From the NCBI GenBank assembly GCA_017539025.1, contig JAFYHT010000061.1:5211-69210 (forward strand): DNA of 64,000 bases, given 5' to 3'. Under the pieces are notes generated by a model. The model was not told where the DNA came from, made no database searches, and worked only from the letters and a program-made list of their open reading frames with translations. The DNA is from Erysipelotrichaceae bacterium. GTDB lineage: Bacteria > Bacillota_I > Bacilli_A > Erysipelotrichales > Erysipelotrichaceae. Position numbers and translations under genes: made by a program. Of this stretch, positions 43,826-52,635 are shown in pieces (the first letter of the stretch is position 1; each line of letters begins with the position of its first letter).

Positions 43826-44734
43826 CTAATATGATTCCAGCAAGATCTGATTGCCGTCAGAATCTTTTACGTAAAGTTGATATCCATTCATCGTGAGATA
43901 GAGAAGATCCTCGTCATCTTCCTTGTTCACATAGACCTTATACCAGGAACAGTCATTGTTGTCCAGCGGTTCATGAACGATTTCCTTCAATGAGTATTCT
44001 TTCCGTTCGTCGCTCCTGAAATTCACCGTTTCCGGTTCATCATCGTAGTAGATGTATACCCTGGCATTGCCATTTTCCCAGGAACCCTTGATGAGTTCCA
44101 TCATTTCCTCTTCACTATTCTCAATATCCCTTGAGGCATAGATCCTGTTGCCGTTATGATCCTCAAGATATGTATCGATGAGTACGCCGTTTTGTGCACA
44201 CTCATAGATCTTTTTCATGAAATTATTCAGGATCTCATATCCGCCTTCCGGGAAGATATCATCATAATCGATATGCATGCTGGATCTGTATTTATCACCC
44301 TTCTGCGCAACGAAATACAAAGACAGACCCGTGCTTGGCGCATCCAGGGCAAATTCTTCCGGCTCAGGCAGATCATCCCAGACAGAGAGGTTGTATTCAT
44401 TCACGATCTCATCAAGTTCTTCAAAGATGTGATCGTTATTTCCTTCGTAAACTTTGACCCTGTCAGCTATTCCCGGATCGCTTCTGTCGGAATAGATGAT
44501 AAGGATCTTTCCATCCTCATCTTTTTTCAGTTCCACACTATGGGAAGAACCTTCCATTCCGCCGCCATGAGAATAATATACGCCATCCAGACCCTCATAT
44601 TGCACAGGTCTTGCCTTGAGCTCTTCCAGAGTCGGTCCATTGTTTTTTATGATCTTGTCTTTGAATAATCCGGAAAACATCACAGCACCTCCTACAGCCA
44701 GCAGTACAAGCAATATCAACATCAGTTTCTTCAT
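43826..44734 (-). CDS. Membrane-anchored extracytoplasmic protein of unknown function
   Basis: ATG at 44734 forms an ATGA overlap with the nagA-3 stop. N-terminal anchor MKKLMLILLVLLAVGGAVMF. Confidence 0.65.
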   Translation of the reverse strand: MKKLMLILLVLLAVGGAVMFSGLFKDKIIKNNGPTLEELKARPVQYEGLDGVYYSHGGGMEGSSHSVELKKDEDGKILIIYSDRSDPGIADRVKVYEGNNDHIFEELDEIVNEYNLSVWDDLPEPEEFALDAPSTGLSLYFVAQKGDKYRSSMHIDYDDIFPEGGYEILNNFMKKIYECAQNGVLIDTYLEDHNGNRIYASRDIENSEEEMMELIKGSWENGNARVYIYYDDEPETVNFRSDERKEYSLKEIVHEPLDNNDCSWYKVYVNKEDDEDLLYLTMNGYQLYVKDSDGNQILLESY

Positions 44735-45870
44735 AACTGTTTCTTGCCAAGACAATACGTCTGTTTTACGGAATAGTCATCATTCAGAACGACGATATCC
44801 GCATCATAGCCGGCTCTGAGTCTGCCCTTGTGGTCATCCATCTTCAGATAACGCATCGGGTTAAGGCTTACCGCATCCAATGCAACCTCAAACGGCACAA
44901 GTGCTTTTTCAACCAGGATCTTCAAACCTTCATTGACTTTTAATGTAGAACCCGCCAGCTGTTTTCTTCCGGTCGTGATATGAGCGGAACCATCCGGATA
45001 GATCTCGACATCCTGACCGCCGAAATCAAATACTGTTCCCACAGGATAGCCCTTACACATAAGGGAATCCGTCACCATGACACCATATCCCTGTTTCTCT
45101 CTGAAGAAGATATTCAAAGCAGCCAGCGTGGAATGATTGCCATCACAGATGCATTCCGCAAAAGTATCATGGCTTCTGAAAGCAGCACCGACAACACCAT
45201 TCTCTCTGTGACCTAAAGCCGTCATTCCATTATAGGTATGAGTGAACCCTCTTGCGCCGTTTGCCAAAGCAAGAACAGCTGTCTCGTAATTGGCATCGGT
45301 GTGGCCGATCGAAACACAGACGCCGGTTTGCGCACAATATCTTGTCAGTTCAAAATTATCATCATGTTCCGGAGCCATCGTAATGATCTTGATCAGATCA
45401 CCGCAGGCTTCCTGATATTCCTTGAATTCTTCAACAGTGCCCTTAACGATATATTCTTCCGGCTGTGCACCCTTGTATTTAACATCGAGATACGGACCTT
45501 CAAAATGGATACCTAAGATCTCAGCACCTTCCGGGTCTTCTTTCTTGACCTCCGCAACTTCCGAAACAGCCTTTTTCAAAGTATCGTGAGATTGCGTCAA
45601 TGTGGTCGGACAGACACCACAGACACCCTCCAAAGGAAGATCCTTCAGCCATCTTCTTAAACCATCTTTGCCTCCGGCAGTCGTATCATAACCATGATAT
45701 CCATGGGTATGGACATCATAGAAACCCGGTACGATCCTTAAATCACCATAGTCTTCATCAACAGCCTTTTCTCCATATGCATAAACAGCTTTGATCTTTC
45801 CATCTTCGATCTCCAACTGGGCAGGCATCAATGCGGATGCGATATATACTCTAGTACTCTGTATGATCAT
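44731..45870 (-). CDS. nagA: N-acetylglucosamine-6-phosphate deacetylase family amidohydrolase (paralogue 3)
   Basis: 379 aa with PGFYDVHTHGYHGYD, HFEGPYLD and GHTDA motifs. Confidence 0.8.
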   Translation of the reverse strand: MIIQSTRVYIASALMPAQLEIEDGKIKAVYAYGEKAVDEDYGDLRIVPGFYDVHTHGYHGYDTTAGGKDGLRRWLKDLPLEGVCGVCPTTLTQSHDTLKKAVSEVAEVKKEDPEGAEILGIHFEGPYLDVKYKGAQPEEYIVKGTVEEFKEYQEACGDLIKIITMAPEHDDNFELTRYCAQTGVCVSIGHTDANYETAVLALANGARGFTHTYNGMTALGHRENGVVGAAFRSHDTFAECICDGNHSTLAALNIFFREKQGYGVMVTDSLMCKGYPVGTVFDFGGQDVEIYPDGSAHITTGRKQLAGSTLKVNEGLKILVEKALVPFEVALDAVSLNPMRYLKMDDHKGRLRAGYDADIVVLNDDYSVKQTYCLGKKQL

Positions 45871-45943
45871 TTTTCATTCATCTCCCTTATATTAATGATA
45901 GCACCAAAAAATGTGTATAATGAAAAGGTAAAGAGGTATTAAC

Positions 45944-46489
45944 ATGGCAAACAGAAGAATCATAAAAGCCAGTGATTTATCGGGATTCTCGATCTTCCAG
46001 GATCCCAAACGCGGAACAGTATTCTATGACATCGTCAGCCGTAAGGGATATATCCTGACGACATCCGATGTCAGGATGTATACGCTGTATACATCGATGC
46101 TTCCGTTAAGTATCATTTGTGCCTGCCTGGCCATGTCCATGTTCAATCTGGGCTATGTATCAACGATCCTGATCTTCGCTGCCATCTATCTGTTAGCCTT
46201 CATGGCCTTCCGTTTCACCTTCTTCTGGAAACTTCCGGAAGCGGAAAGATGGAAACCTGTCAAAAAAGAAAGCGTCTTCCTCTATCTGGCAAGAGGCTAT
46301 TCCAAAAACAGGCTGATCATCCTGATCTTCCTGTTACTGGCGATTTCGATCCTGATGCCGCTATATGCGATCATCGAAAATAGAACAGGGATCGATCTCT
46401 ATGGTTCTTACATCCTTGGTGCAGGAACATTCATAGGCATGATCATCGTGATCATCTCACTGATCTTAAAAATCAAAAACAACTACTAA
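45944..46489 (+). CDS. Hypothetical 4-TM membrane protein
   Basis: 181 aa. Extended -10 (TGTGTATAAT) and AAAGAGG SD upstream. No family recognised. Confidence 0.65.
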   Translation: MANRRIIKASDLSGFSIFQDPKRGTVFYDIVSRKGYILTTSDVRMYTLYTSMLPLSIICACLAMSMFNLGYVSTILIFAAIYLLAFMAFRFTFFWKLPEAERWKPVKKESVFLYLARGYSKNRLIILIFLLLAISILMPLYAIIENRTGIDLYGSYILGAGTFIGMIIVIISLILKIKNNY

Positions 46490-46514
46490 AATATTCCTCA
46501 GGGAATATTTTTTA
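46490..46514 (+). terminator. Rho-independent terminator
   Basis: AATATTCC-tcag-GGAATATT followed by TTTTT. Confidence 0.75.
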
Positions 46515-46520
46515 TTATCC

Positions 46521-46550
46521 AAAAAAATCTCAGACCATGTGATCTGAGAT
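46521..46550 (-). terminator. Rho-independent terminator of the ABC operon
   Basis: Minus strand reads ATCTCAGA-tcacatgg-TCTGAGAT followed by TTTTTTT. Confidence 0.75.
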
Positions 46551-46573
46551 TTCTGTAATTCTGTTAACTCAAC

Positions 46574-48214
46574 TTAAGCTTTCAGAGAACCTAATGCAAT
46601 GATCTCGCCTGACTTGCGGTCAAACAGGATCGCATTATTACCCTTGAAGCCGATGTTGACTTTATCGCCAAGTTTATAGACGACACCGCCGAACATGACA
46701 CCCGTTAACAGATAGTTGCCGATCGCAACTCTGACTGTCGTTTCCATACCGGTAGGCATTGATGAATAGATCTCTCCTTCATATTTGCCGTTTTCGGAAA
46801 TCTCAACGAATTCAGGTCTGATACCGATGACGAAGTCTTCATCTGTGCAGACATACTCATCGCCATAGTCTTCCGGTTCATTGATCATAGGAACATGATA
46901 TCTGAAGCTGGTTTCCTTGTTGCTTCTTTCGACATAACCCTTCTGAGATGCCTTCTTAGCCTGTTCCTTGGCTTCTTCTTCTTTTCTTGCGGCGTGATCT
47001 TCATGCCACTTCTTGATATCAAACGGTTCATTCGGGACGAACTTCAGTTTCTTATCACCAAAGACATCAAGCTCAAAGACACCTTCATTCTGCTTGCCAT
47101 GAGCTTCAATGAAGTTGATCGCCGGGTTACCGACGAAGTCGGCAACAAACAGATTGTTCGGCTTGTTGTAGACATCAAGCGGTGCATCATACTGCTGCAG
47201 ATAGCCGTTGTCGATCAGACAGATCCTGGTTGCCAGAGTCATAGCTTCCATCTGGTCATGTGTGACATAGACGAAAGTTGAACCGGTATCCAGATGTAAT
47301 CTCTGAAGTTCTGATCTCATTTCCAGACGCAGCTTGGCATCCAGGTTGGACAGAGGCTCATCCATGAACAGGACAGTTGGCTCCGGTGCCAGTGTTCTTG
47401 CGATGGCAACACGCTGCTGCTGACCACCGGAAAGTTCTGCCGGATATCTTTCCATGAACATGCCGATGTTGGCGATCCTTGCGACACGTCTGACAGAGAG
47501 ATCCATCTCTTCCTTCGTGAGCTTTCTGACTTCCTTGACGACTTCACCGTCTTTCATGGCTGTGAAATCATCACTTAATGTATAGCCCTTCGCAGAAGCA
47601 TCAGCCTTAGCTTTTTCAATAGTTTTGTTGAGCTCATCGATGTACTTGGCAGCTTCTGCCTTTGGATCGCTTGCCTTATGCAGGTTGTAACCTAAAAGCT
47701 TCTTTGCGCTGTATTGTGAGATCTCATAGGCGTCGATCAGTTTGACGATCGCCTTCTTCTCATCGAGCTTGCCCTTCTTGTCGAAGCACTCGTTGACAAG
47801 TTTTGCGACATCGGCAGGTCTCTGTAAAGCCTTTAAGAGCTGTGCAGAAGTCCTTCCTTCAAAATTGATGACAGGAAGAGCTTCCTTGATATTTGAAAGA
47901 CCGAAGCAGATGTTGTCATAGACTGTCATATTTGGCCACAAAGCATAGTTCTGGAAAAGGAATCCGACCTTACGCTTGTTGGCAGGGATATTGATACCCT
48001 CTTCAGAATCATAGACGACACGGTCACCAATCGTGATCTTGCCACTGGTCGGTGTTTCCAGACCTGCGATCATTCTTAAAGTCGTCGTCTTACCACATCC
48101 TGATGGACCTAATAATGTAACGAAAGCATTGTCATCGATGACCAGGTTCAGGTCCTCGACAGCATAGAATTTATCATAACGTTTTGTAACGTGTTCCAAT
48201 ACGATTTTTGGCAT
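46574..48214 (-). CDS. ABC transporter ATP-binding protein, MalK/UgpC/PotA-like, with a large helical-subdomain insertion
   Basis: 546 aa from the ATG at 48214 (GGAGG SD). Walker A GPSGCGKTT, Q-loop FQNYALWP, signature LSGGQQQRV, Walker B LFMDEPLSNLD, H-loop YVTHD. About 120 extra residues lie between the Q-loop and the signature. Confidence 0.9.
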   Translation of the reverse strand: MPKIVLEHVTKRYDKFYAVEDLNLVIDDNAFVTLLGPSGCGKTTTLRMIAGLETPTSGKITIGDRVVYDSEEGINIPANKRKVGFLFQNYALWPNMTVYDNICFGLSNIKEALPVINFEGRTSAQLLKALQRPADVAKLVNECFDKKGKLDEKKAIVKLIDAYEISQYSAKKLLGYNLHKASDPKAEAAKYIDELNKTIEKAKADASAKGYTLSDDFTAMKDGEVVKEVRKLTKEEMDLSVRRVARIANIGMFMERYPAELSGGQQQRVAIARTLAPEPTVLFMDEPLSNLDAKLRLEMRSELQRLHLDTGSTFVYVTHDQMEAMTLATRICLIDNGYLQQYDAPLDVYNKPNNLFVADFVGNPAINFIEAHGKQNEGVFELDVFGDKKLKFVPNEPFDIKKWHEDHAARKEEEAKEQAKKASQKGYVERSNKETSFRYHVPMINEPEDYGDEYVCTDEDFVIGIRPEFVEISENGKYEGEIYSSMPTGMETTVRVAIGNYLLTGVMFGGVVYKLGDKVNIGFKGNNAILFDRKSGEIIALGSLKA

Positions 48215-48218
48215 TTTA

Positions 48219-50027
48219 TTATCCTCCAATTCCTTCATCAAGGCTTGCGCCAGTGATCTTGTTTACGGCATAGTTGCTGACCAGGATCGTCAGGATCAGG
48301 ATCAGGTTGATACCGCTTGAGAAAGCATAGAGACCCATCTCATCGAAGTAGTCCAGTGTCGTTGACAGGATGAAGCCCTGTACACACAGCAACATGAACA
48401 GAGACAGTTCTCTTAAGCAGGTCATAAACGGAAGCAGGAAGCCGGAAACGATCGATGACTTCTGGATCGGAATGATGATCCTTGTCATACGCTTGATCCA
48501 CGGAACATCCTGGATGATCGCCGATTCTTCGATCTCATTCGACAGCTGCAGCATCGAGTTCAAAGAACTTCTTGATGCAAACGGAATGTATTTGACCGTA
48601 CCGACGATGACTAATGCCAGATAAGTATTGAACAGATTGATCTTTCCTGATGAGAACAGGATGAAGTATGCTGCACCAACGGCAACGGAAGGCATCAGGT
48701 AAGGAAGGAATGCCATGGAGTTGACATAACCTGCCAGCTTGCCTCTTCTGTCCTTGGAAACGGCATAACCGATCAAAGTACCGATGACACCTGCTGTCAG
48801 ACAGCAGATGACTGATACAAGGATCGTGCCGCCAAACGCATGCCAGATGGTCTTATTGTGGAAGATACCCATCTGACCATACATACCATTCTCTGTAACG
48901 TTCTCATTGGTCACCCACCACTTGGTCGTCAGGTTATTCTTATTGCCTGTATACAGGAAGGAATAATCGCCAGGGTTCGGCAGGAATGTTTCAAACGCGA
49001 AGGAGATGATCGGGAAGATCGAAGTGAAGAATGTGATGATTGCAAATACCAGTGCGATCACATACTTGCCTGTATTTCCCAGATCAACTTTTGAGATATG
49101 ACCGGACTTACCGGTGACAGTCGTATATGACTTACGTGAATGCAAAGACCTCTGGTTGAGATACATGATCGCAACGCCAAACAGCATCATGATGATGGCG
49201 ATGATCGAAGCCTCACCGGTATACTTGTCATTCATTGAGACATACTTTGTTGCCAGAGTCGTCAGACCCAGATAGTGCGGTACCGGATAGGAACCGATCG
49301 TAGAACCTGCAACCAGCAGGATCGTTGACAGGATAGCCGGCTTGACCATTGGAATGGTGACTCTTGTGAAGATCTTCCATCTTGGTGTATCCAGGATCGT
49401 TGCCGCCTCTTCCAGATTGGCATCCATATTCTTGAAGATACCACCGATCAGGATATAGGCAAATGGTGCATAGTGCATGCCTAGTACGATGATACAAGGG
49501 AACAATCCCACACACCACCATGCCGGCATCTTGATATTGAACAGCGATGCCAGTAAGCCATTGGATGTACCTGTGACCTGGTTGGAGTTGAACAGGTTCT
49601 GCCATACGACAGCCAGAGTCCACTGAGGCATGATATACGGGAAGATAAAGATCGAACTCAGATACTTCTTGAATGCCATGTTCGTCCTGGTGATCAGATA
49701 AGCGAAGATACCGCCAAACAGGATCGCAAATGTGCAGGATCCGATCGCCAGTAACGTCGTATTGGACAAAGGAGTCCACAGATTGGTCTTTGCCAGCTTA
49801 CTGGTAAATAAGTCTGTATAGTTGACTAGTGTGAATCCCTTAGCCTTGCCAGAGAGATACTGGTCAATGGTACCCGGATGGATCGTGAAGGTATCTCTGA
49901 TGATCGCAACGATCGGAGCGATCGTCGTGAATGTGACCAGGATACCTGTCAGGATCAGGATGACATTCTGAGGTTTACTGAGATAGGTCTTTATGCTGTT
50001 GATTCTGATTTTCATTGATTTTGACAT
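48219..50027 (-). CDS. Fused double-domain ABC permease (FbpB/ThiP-like, ~12 TM)
   Basis: 602 aa with two BPD-type permease halves. Confidence 0.8.
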   Translation of the reverse strand: MSKSMKIRINSIKTYLSKPQNVILILTGILVTFTTIAPIVAIIRDTFTIHPGTIDQYLSGKAKGFTLVNYTDLFTSKLAKTNLWTPLSNTTLLAIGSCTFAILFGGIFAYLITRTNMAFKKYLSSIFIFPYIMPQWTLAVVWQNLFNSNQVTGTSNGLLASLFNIKMPAWWCVGLFPCIIVLGMHYAPFAYILIGGIFKNMDANLEEAATILDTPRWKIFTRVTIPMVKPAILSTILLVAGSTIGSYPVPHYLGLTTLATKYVSMNDKYTGEASIIAIIMMLFGVAIMYLNQRSLHSRKSYTTVTGKSGHISKVDLGNTGKYVIALVFAIITFFTSIFPIISFAFETFLPNPGDYSFLYTGNKNNLTTKWWVTNENVTENGMYGQMGIFHNKTIWHAFGGTILVSVICCLTAGVIGTLIGYAVSKDRRGKLAGYVNSMAFLPYLMPSVAVGAAYFILFSSGKINLFNTYLALVIVGTVKYIPFASRSSLNSMLQLSNEIEESAIIQDVPWIKRMTRIIIPIQKSSIVSGFLLPFMTCLRELSLFMLLCVQGFILSTTLDYFDEMGLYAFSSGINLILILTILVSNYAVNKITGASLDEGIGG

Positions 50028-50047
50028 AAAACACCTCTTCTAGAGAA

Positions 50048-50079
50048 AGTGCCTTCGTAGATAATACTACAAAGGCACT
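50048..50079 (-). other. Intra-operon stem-loop between the SBP and permease genes
   Basis: AGTGCCTT ... AAGGCACT with a 16-nt loop. This is a typical position for an mRNA-stabilising or attenuating hairpin after a binding-protein gene. Confidence 0.4.
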
Positions 50080-50123
50080 ATCGTTATCAGTTTCTGTTTA
50101 AAACTATAGAATCTGAATATAGC

Positions 50124-51461
50124 TTATTCCGGAGTATACTTGTCGAGCATCTCGATCCATGAACCGACTGTGAATGCTACAGAAGCGCAGTATACAGGAT
50201 CTTCTACGACGAGCTTACCGTCGTTGACCCACCAGTCATAACCCTTATCCATAGTTGTTTCGCAAGCAACCTTTGCGGATAAGCCTTCTGAGTGGTGATA
50301 CTTCTCTTCAGTACCCTGTGCTACGACCGGGTTAGAAGAGTAACCGCCTAAGTCCTTGCCCCAAGCAGAGAAACCATCAACAGTCTCTGTCATGTAAGCG
50401 ATGAATGCACATGCAGTCCAAGGAAGCGGTGAGTTGTCAGTGACGAAGAGGTAGTGGCAGTATGCGTAACCGCCGATGCCTTCGTAACCTGGCTGGTAAG
50501 CAGCAACTTTGATGTTGTTGACGGAAACAGTATCAGTTTCTTCAACGGAACGAACCTTTGAATAAACTAAGAGACCGAACTTATCAACTGCAGAAGCATC
50601 GACCAGAGTATTGCAGATCGGGCCGTCATCAGTAACTGCATTGTAGCTGTTGACCCAGAGCTTGATCCAAGCCAGAGCATATTTGCCGTTTTCGCCTAAG
50701 CCTAATTCTTCAGCATCCTTAGCCATTGCATCAACAGTCGGCTGGAAGTAAGCCTGCTCAGCTGCAGAAAGCTTGTCGAAAGCATCCTTCAGATAAGTAG
50801 CATACTCATCCTTTGTCAGCATGTATAAGAAGTTCTTACCAACGATTTCTGAATCGATGTCCATGAACAGACCGTGTTCGCCTTCAGCAACGAAATCCCA
50901 GCAGTTGTCATATGTCTTGTCAGGATTGACGCAGTTGAATTCGAAGATCTTATTCAGAGTCTGTAAAGGCAGATAACCTGTATAAGCTTCAGGAGTTGTG
51001 CCGTTTGCTTCAGCCCACTCTTTTGGTACGAATGTGTCAAGAACGCCTGTCTGAACCATCTTGGACTCGATCTGGTTGCCATCCTGGATCAGCGTCATAG
51101 CGAATGTACCGACATCCTTCAAGCCATCAGCTGTCAGCTGATCGAAGATCTTGTTGTTCTTCGGCTGCTGCCATTCGAAATCGAGCTTGTAGCTTGAATC
51201 GATAGACTGGAGGTATTCGATGAATAACGGAAGAGCACTCTTACCACGTGAGGAGTTACCTACACCGTAGAAAGTCTTGCCGTTAGACTCTTCGATTGCC
51301 TTTGCTGCGAGTTCTTCCAGAGTCATTGTCTGTGCTTCAGCAATGATCTTCTGAACTTCGGACTGGTCAGCTGCAGGAGCTTCTTCTTTGCCGCCGCCGC
51401 AACCGACAAGAGTAGTCAATGCCAGCGTTAACGCCAACATGATCATGAGAAGTTTCTTCAT
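50124..51461 (-). CDS. ABC transporter substrate-binding lipoprotein
   Basis: 445 aa. Lipobox ..LALTTLVGCGG. Class-II SBP size. First gene of the operon. Confidence 0.85.
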   Translation of the reverse strand: MKKLLMIMLALTLALTTLVGCGGGKEEAPAADQSEVQKIIAEAQTMTLEELAAKAIEESNGKTFYGVGNSSRGKSALPLFIEYLQSIDSSYKLDFEWQQPKNNKIFDQLTADGLKDVGTFAMTLIQDGNQIESKMVQTGVLDTFVPKEWAEANGTTPEAYTGYLPLQTLNKIFEFNCVNPDKTYDNCWDFVAEGEHGLFMDIDSEIVGKNFLYMLTKDEYATYLKDAFDKLSAAEQAYFQPTVDAMAKDAEELGLGENGKYALAWIKLWVNSYNAVTDDGPICNTLVDASAVDKFGLLVYSKVRSVEETDTVSVNNIKVAAYQPGYEGIGGYAYCHYLFVTDNSPLPWTACAFIAYMTETVDGFSAWGKDLGGYSSNPVVAQGTEEKYHHSEGLSAKVACETTMDKGYDWWVNDGKLVVEDPVYCASVAFTVGSWIEMLDKYTPE

Positions 51462-51496
51462 TTTTAAATCCTCTTTTCTGTTACGCTTGTATCTTT

Positions 51497-51510
51497 TGCA
51501 AGCGTTTACA
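51497..51510 (-). promoter_or_regulatory. CcpA catabolite-responsive element (cre)
   Basis: Minus strand reads A-TGTAAACGCTTGCA-A, matching WTGNAANCGNWNNCW at every constrained position. It starts right after the -10 box. Confidence 0.6.
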
Positions 51511-51538
51511 TTATATCACCATATAAAACGCTTGTTAA
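51510..51538 (-). promoter_or_regulatory. Promoter of the ABC operon
   Basis: Minus strand reads TTAACA, 17 nt, then TATAAT preceded by TGA (extended -10 TGATATAAT). Confidence 0.55.
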
Positions 51539-51545
51539 TAGCACT

Positions 51546-51562
51546 TTCACACAATTTTCACA
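51546..51562 (-). promoter_or_regulatory. Two direct repeats TTCACAYAAT (TGTGAA on the coding strand), 11-nt period, just upstream of the -35
   Basis: Plus strand reads TTCACACAATT-TTCACATAAAA. The same unit occurs three times at 59317..59342 in the same position relative to a -35. Confidence 0.5.
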
Positions 51563-51571
51563 TAAAAAACC

Positions 51572-51600
51572 CAAAAAAAGCCTATAAAATAAGGCTTTTT
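51572..51600. terminator. A/T-flanked stem-loop (bidirectional terminator-like)
   Basis: AAAAAAAGCCT-ataaaata-AGGCTTTTT. Confidence 0.55.
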
Positions 51601-51627
51601 GATCATTTATATTTTTTTCACAAATTT

Positions 51628-51654
51628 TTAAAAAAGGAGGTATTCACCCTCCTT
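51628..51654 (-). terminator. Rho-independent terminator after the Gfo/Idh/MocA pair
   Basis: Minus strand reads AAGGAGG-gtgaata-CCTCCTT followed by TTTTTAAA. Confidence 0.7.
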
Positions 51655-51657
51655 AAA

Positions 51658-52635
51658 TCATTCAAAACTTATCCCGGCACTCTTTAGTGCATGATCCAGT
51701 ACTTTAACACTCAACAATGTCTGTTGATTGAATTTCTGTGCCTTTTCAAGATCCATCTCATTGAACAGCTTCTTGAACACGATATATTCATGATAATGAG
51801 GGATCTCAGGATGCTTATTCAATGCATATTCCTTGGACTTGCCATCATTATCCACATAGACGAATTTTGAGATCACGCTTGATGCATCATCAGATCTGAG
51901 ATACCCTTTATCCCCCTGGATGCATACCAGCAACGGTGCCTTGCAATCCTTGGCACATACCGCATTGACCTTGAACTTCTTATAATCCAATACCAGCACA
52001 CCGGAAGTATCGACACCCTTCAACATATTTGGATAATAGTTTACTTTCTTAGGCTGACCAAAGAGTCCTGTGATGAAGTTGATGTTGTAGATGCCAAGAT
52101 CCATCAATGCGCCACCAGCCAGTTTCCTGTCAAAGGCCGGAAGTACGATCCCCTTCTTGAACTTGTCATAACGGGATGAATATTGTGAGAAGTTGATGTC
52201 GACCATCTTCATCTCACCGACCTGATCAACCAGTTCCTTCATCTTTGCGTAGTTTGGCATGTGCAACATCGTCACCGCATCAAAGATGATCAGGTTCTTC
52301 TTCTTTGCAAGATCGATCAGCTTCTTTGCCTCTTTATACGATGGAACAAACGGCTTCTCCAGGATGACGTGTTTTCCATAATCTAACGCTTTCTTTGCGA
52401 TCTCATAATGCAAACCGTTTGGAACGCCGACATAGATCACATCGATATTCGGATCAGATAACACATCGTCATTGTTCAGAGAATAATATCCGATCCCGTA
52501 TTTCTCTTTTAAAGTTTTGAGCTGTTCTTCCTGTGGGGAAGCAATACCGACATACTTAAAACCTTTTACCAGTTTTGTCGTTTCGATAAAGATCGGAACG
52601 ATGAAACCTGAACCGATGATCCCTACTCTGATCAT
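51658..52635 (-). CDS. Gfo/Idh/MocA-family oxidoreductase (paralogue B)
   Basis: 325 aa with IRVGIIGSGFI and ILEKPF. ATGA overlap with the upstream paralogue. Confidence 0.85.
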   Translation of the reverse strand: MIRVGIIGSGFIVPIFIETTKLVKGFKYVGIASPQEEQLKTLKEKYGIGYYSLNNDDVLSDPNIDVIYVGVPNGLHYEIAKKALDYGKHVILEKPFVPSYKEAKKLIDLAKKKNLIIFDAVTMLHMPNYAKMKELVDQVGEMKMVDINFSQYSSRYDKFKKGIVLPAFDRKLAGGALMDLGIYNINFITGLFGQPKKVNYYPNMLKGVDTSGVLVLDYKKFKVNAVCAKDCKAPLLVCIQGDKGYLRSDDASSVISKFVYVDNDGKSKEYALNKHPEIPHYHEYIVFKKLFNEMDLEKAQKFNQQTLLSVKVLDHALKSAGISFE

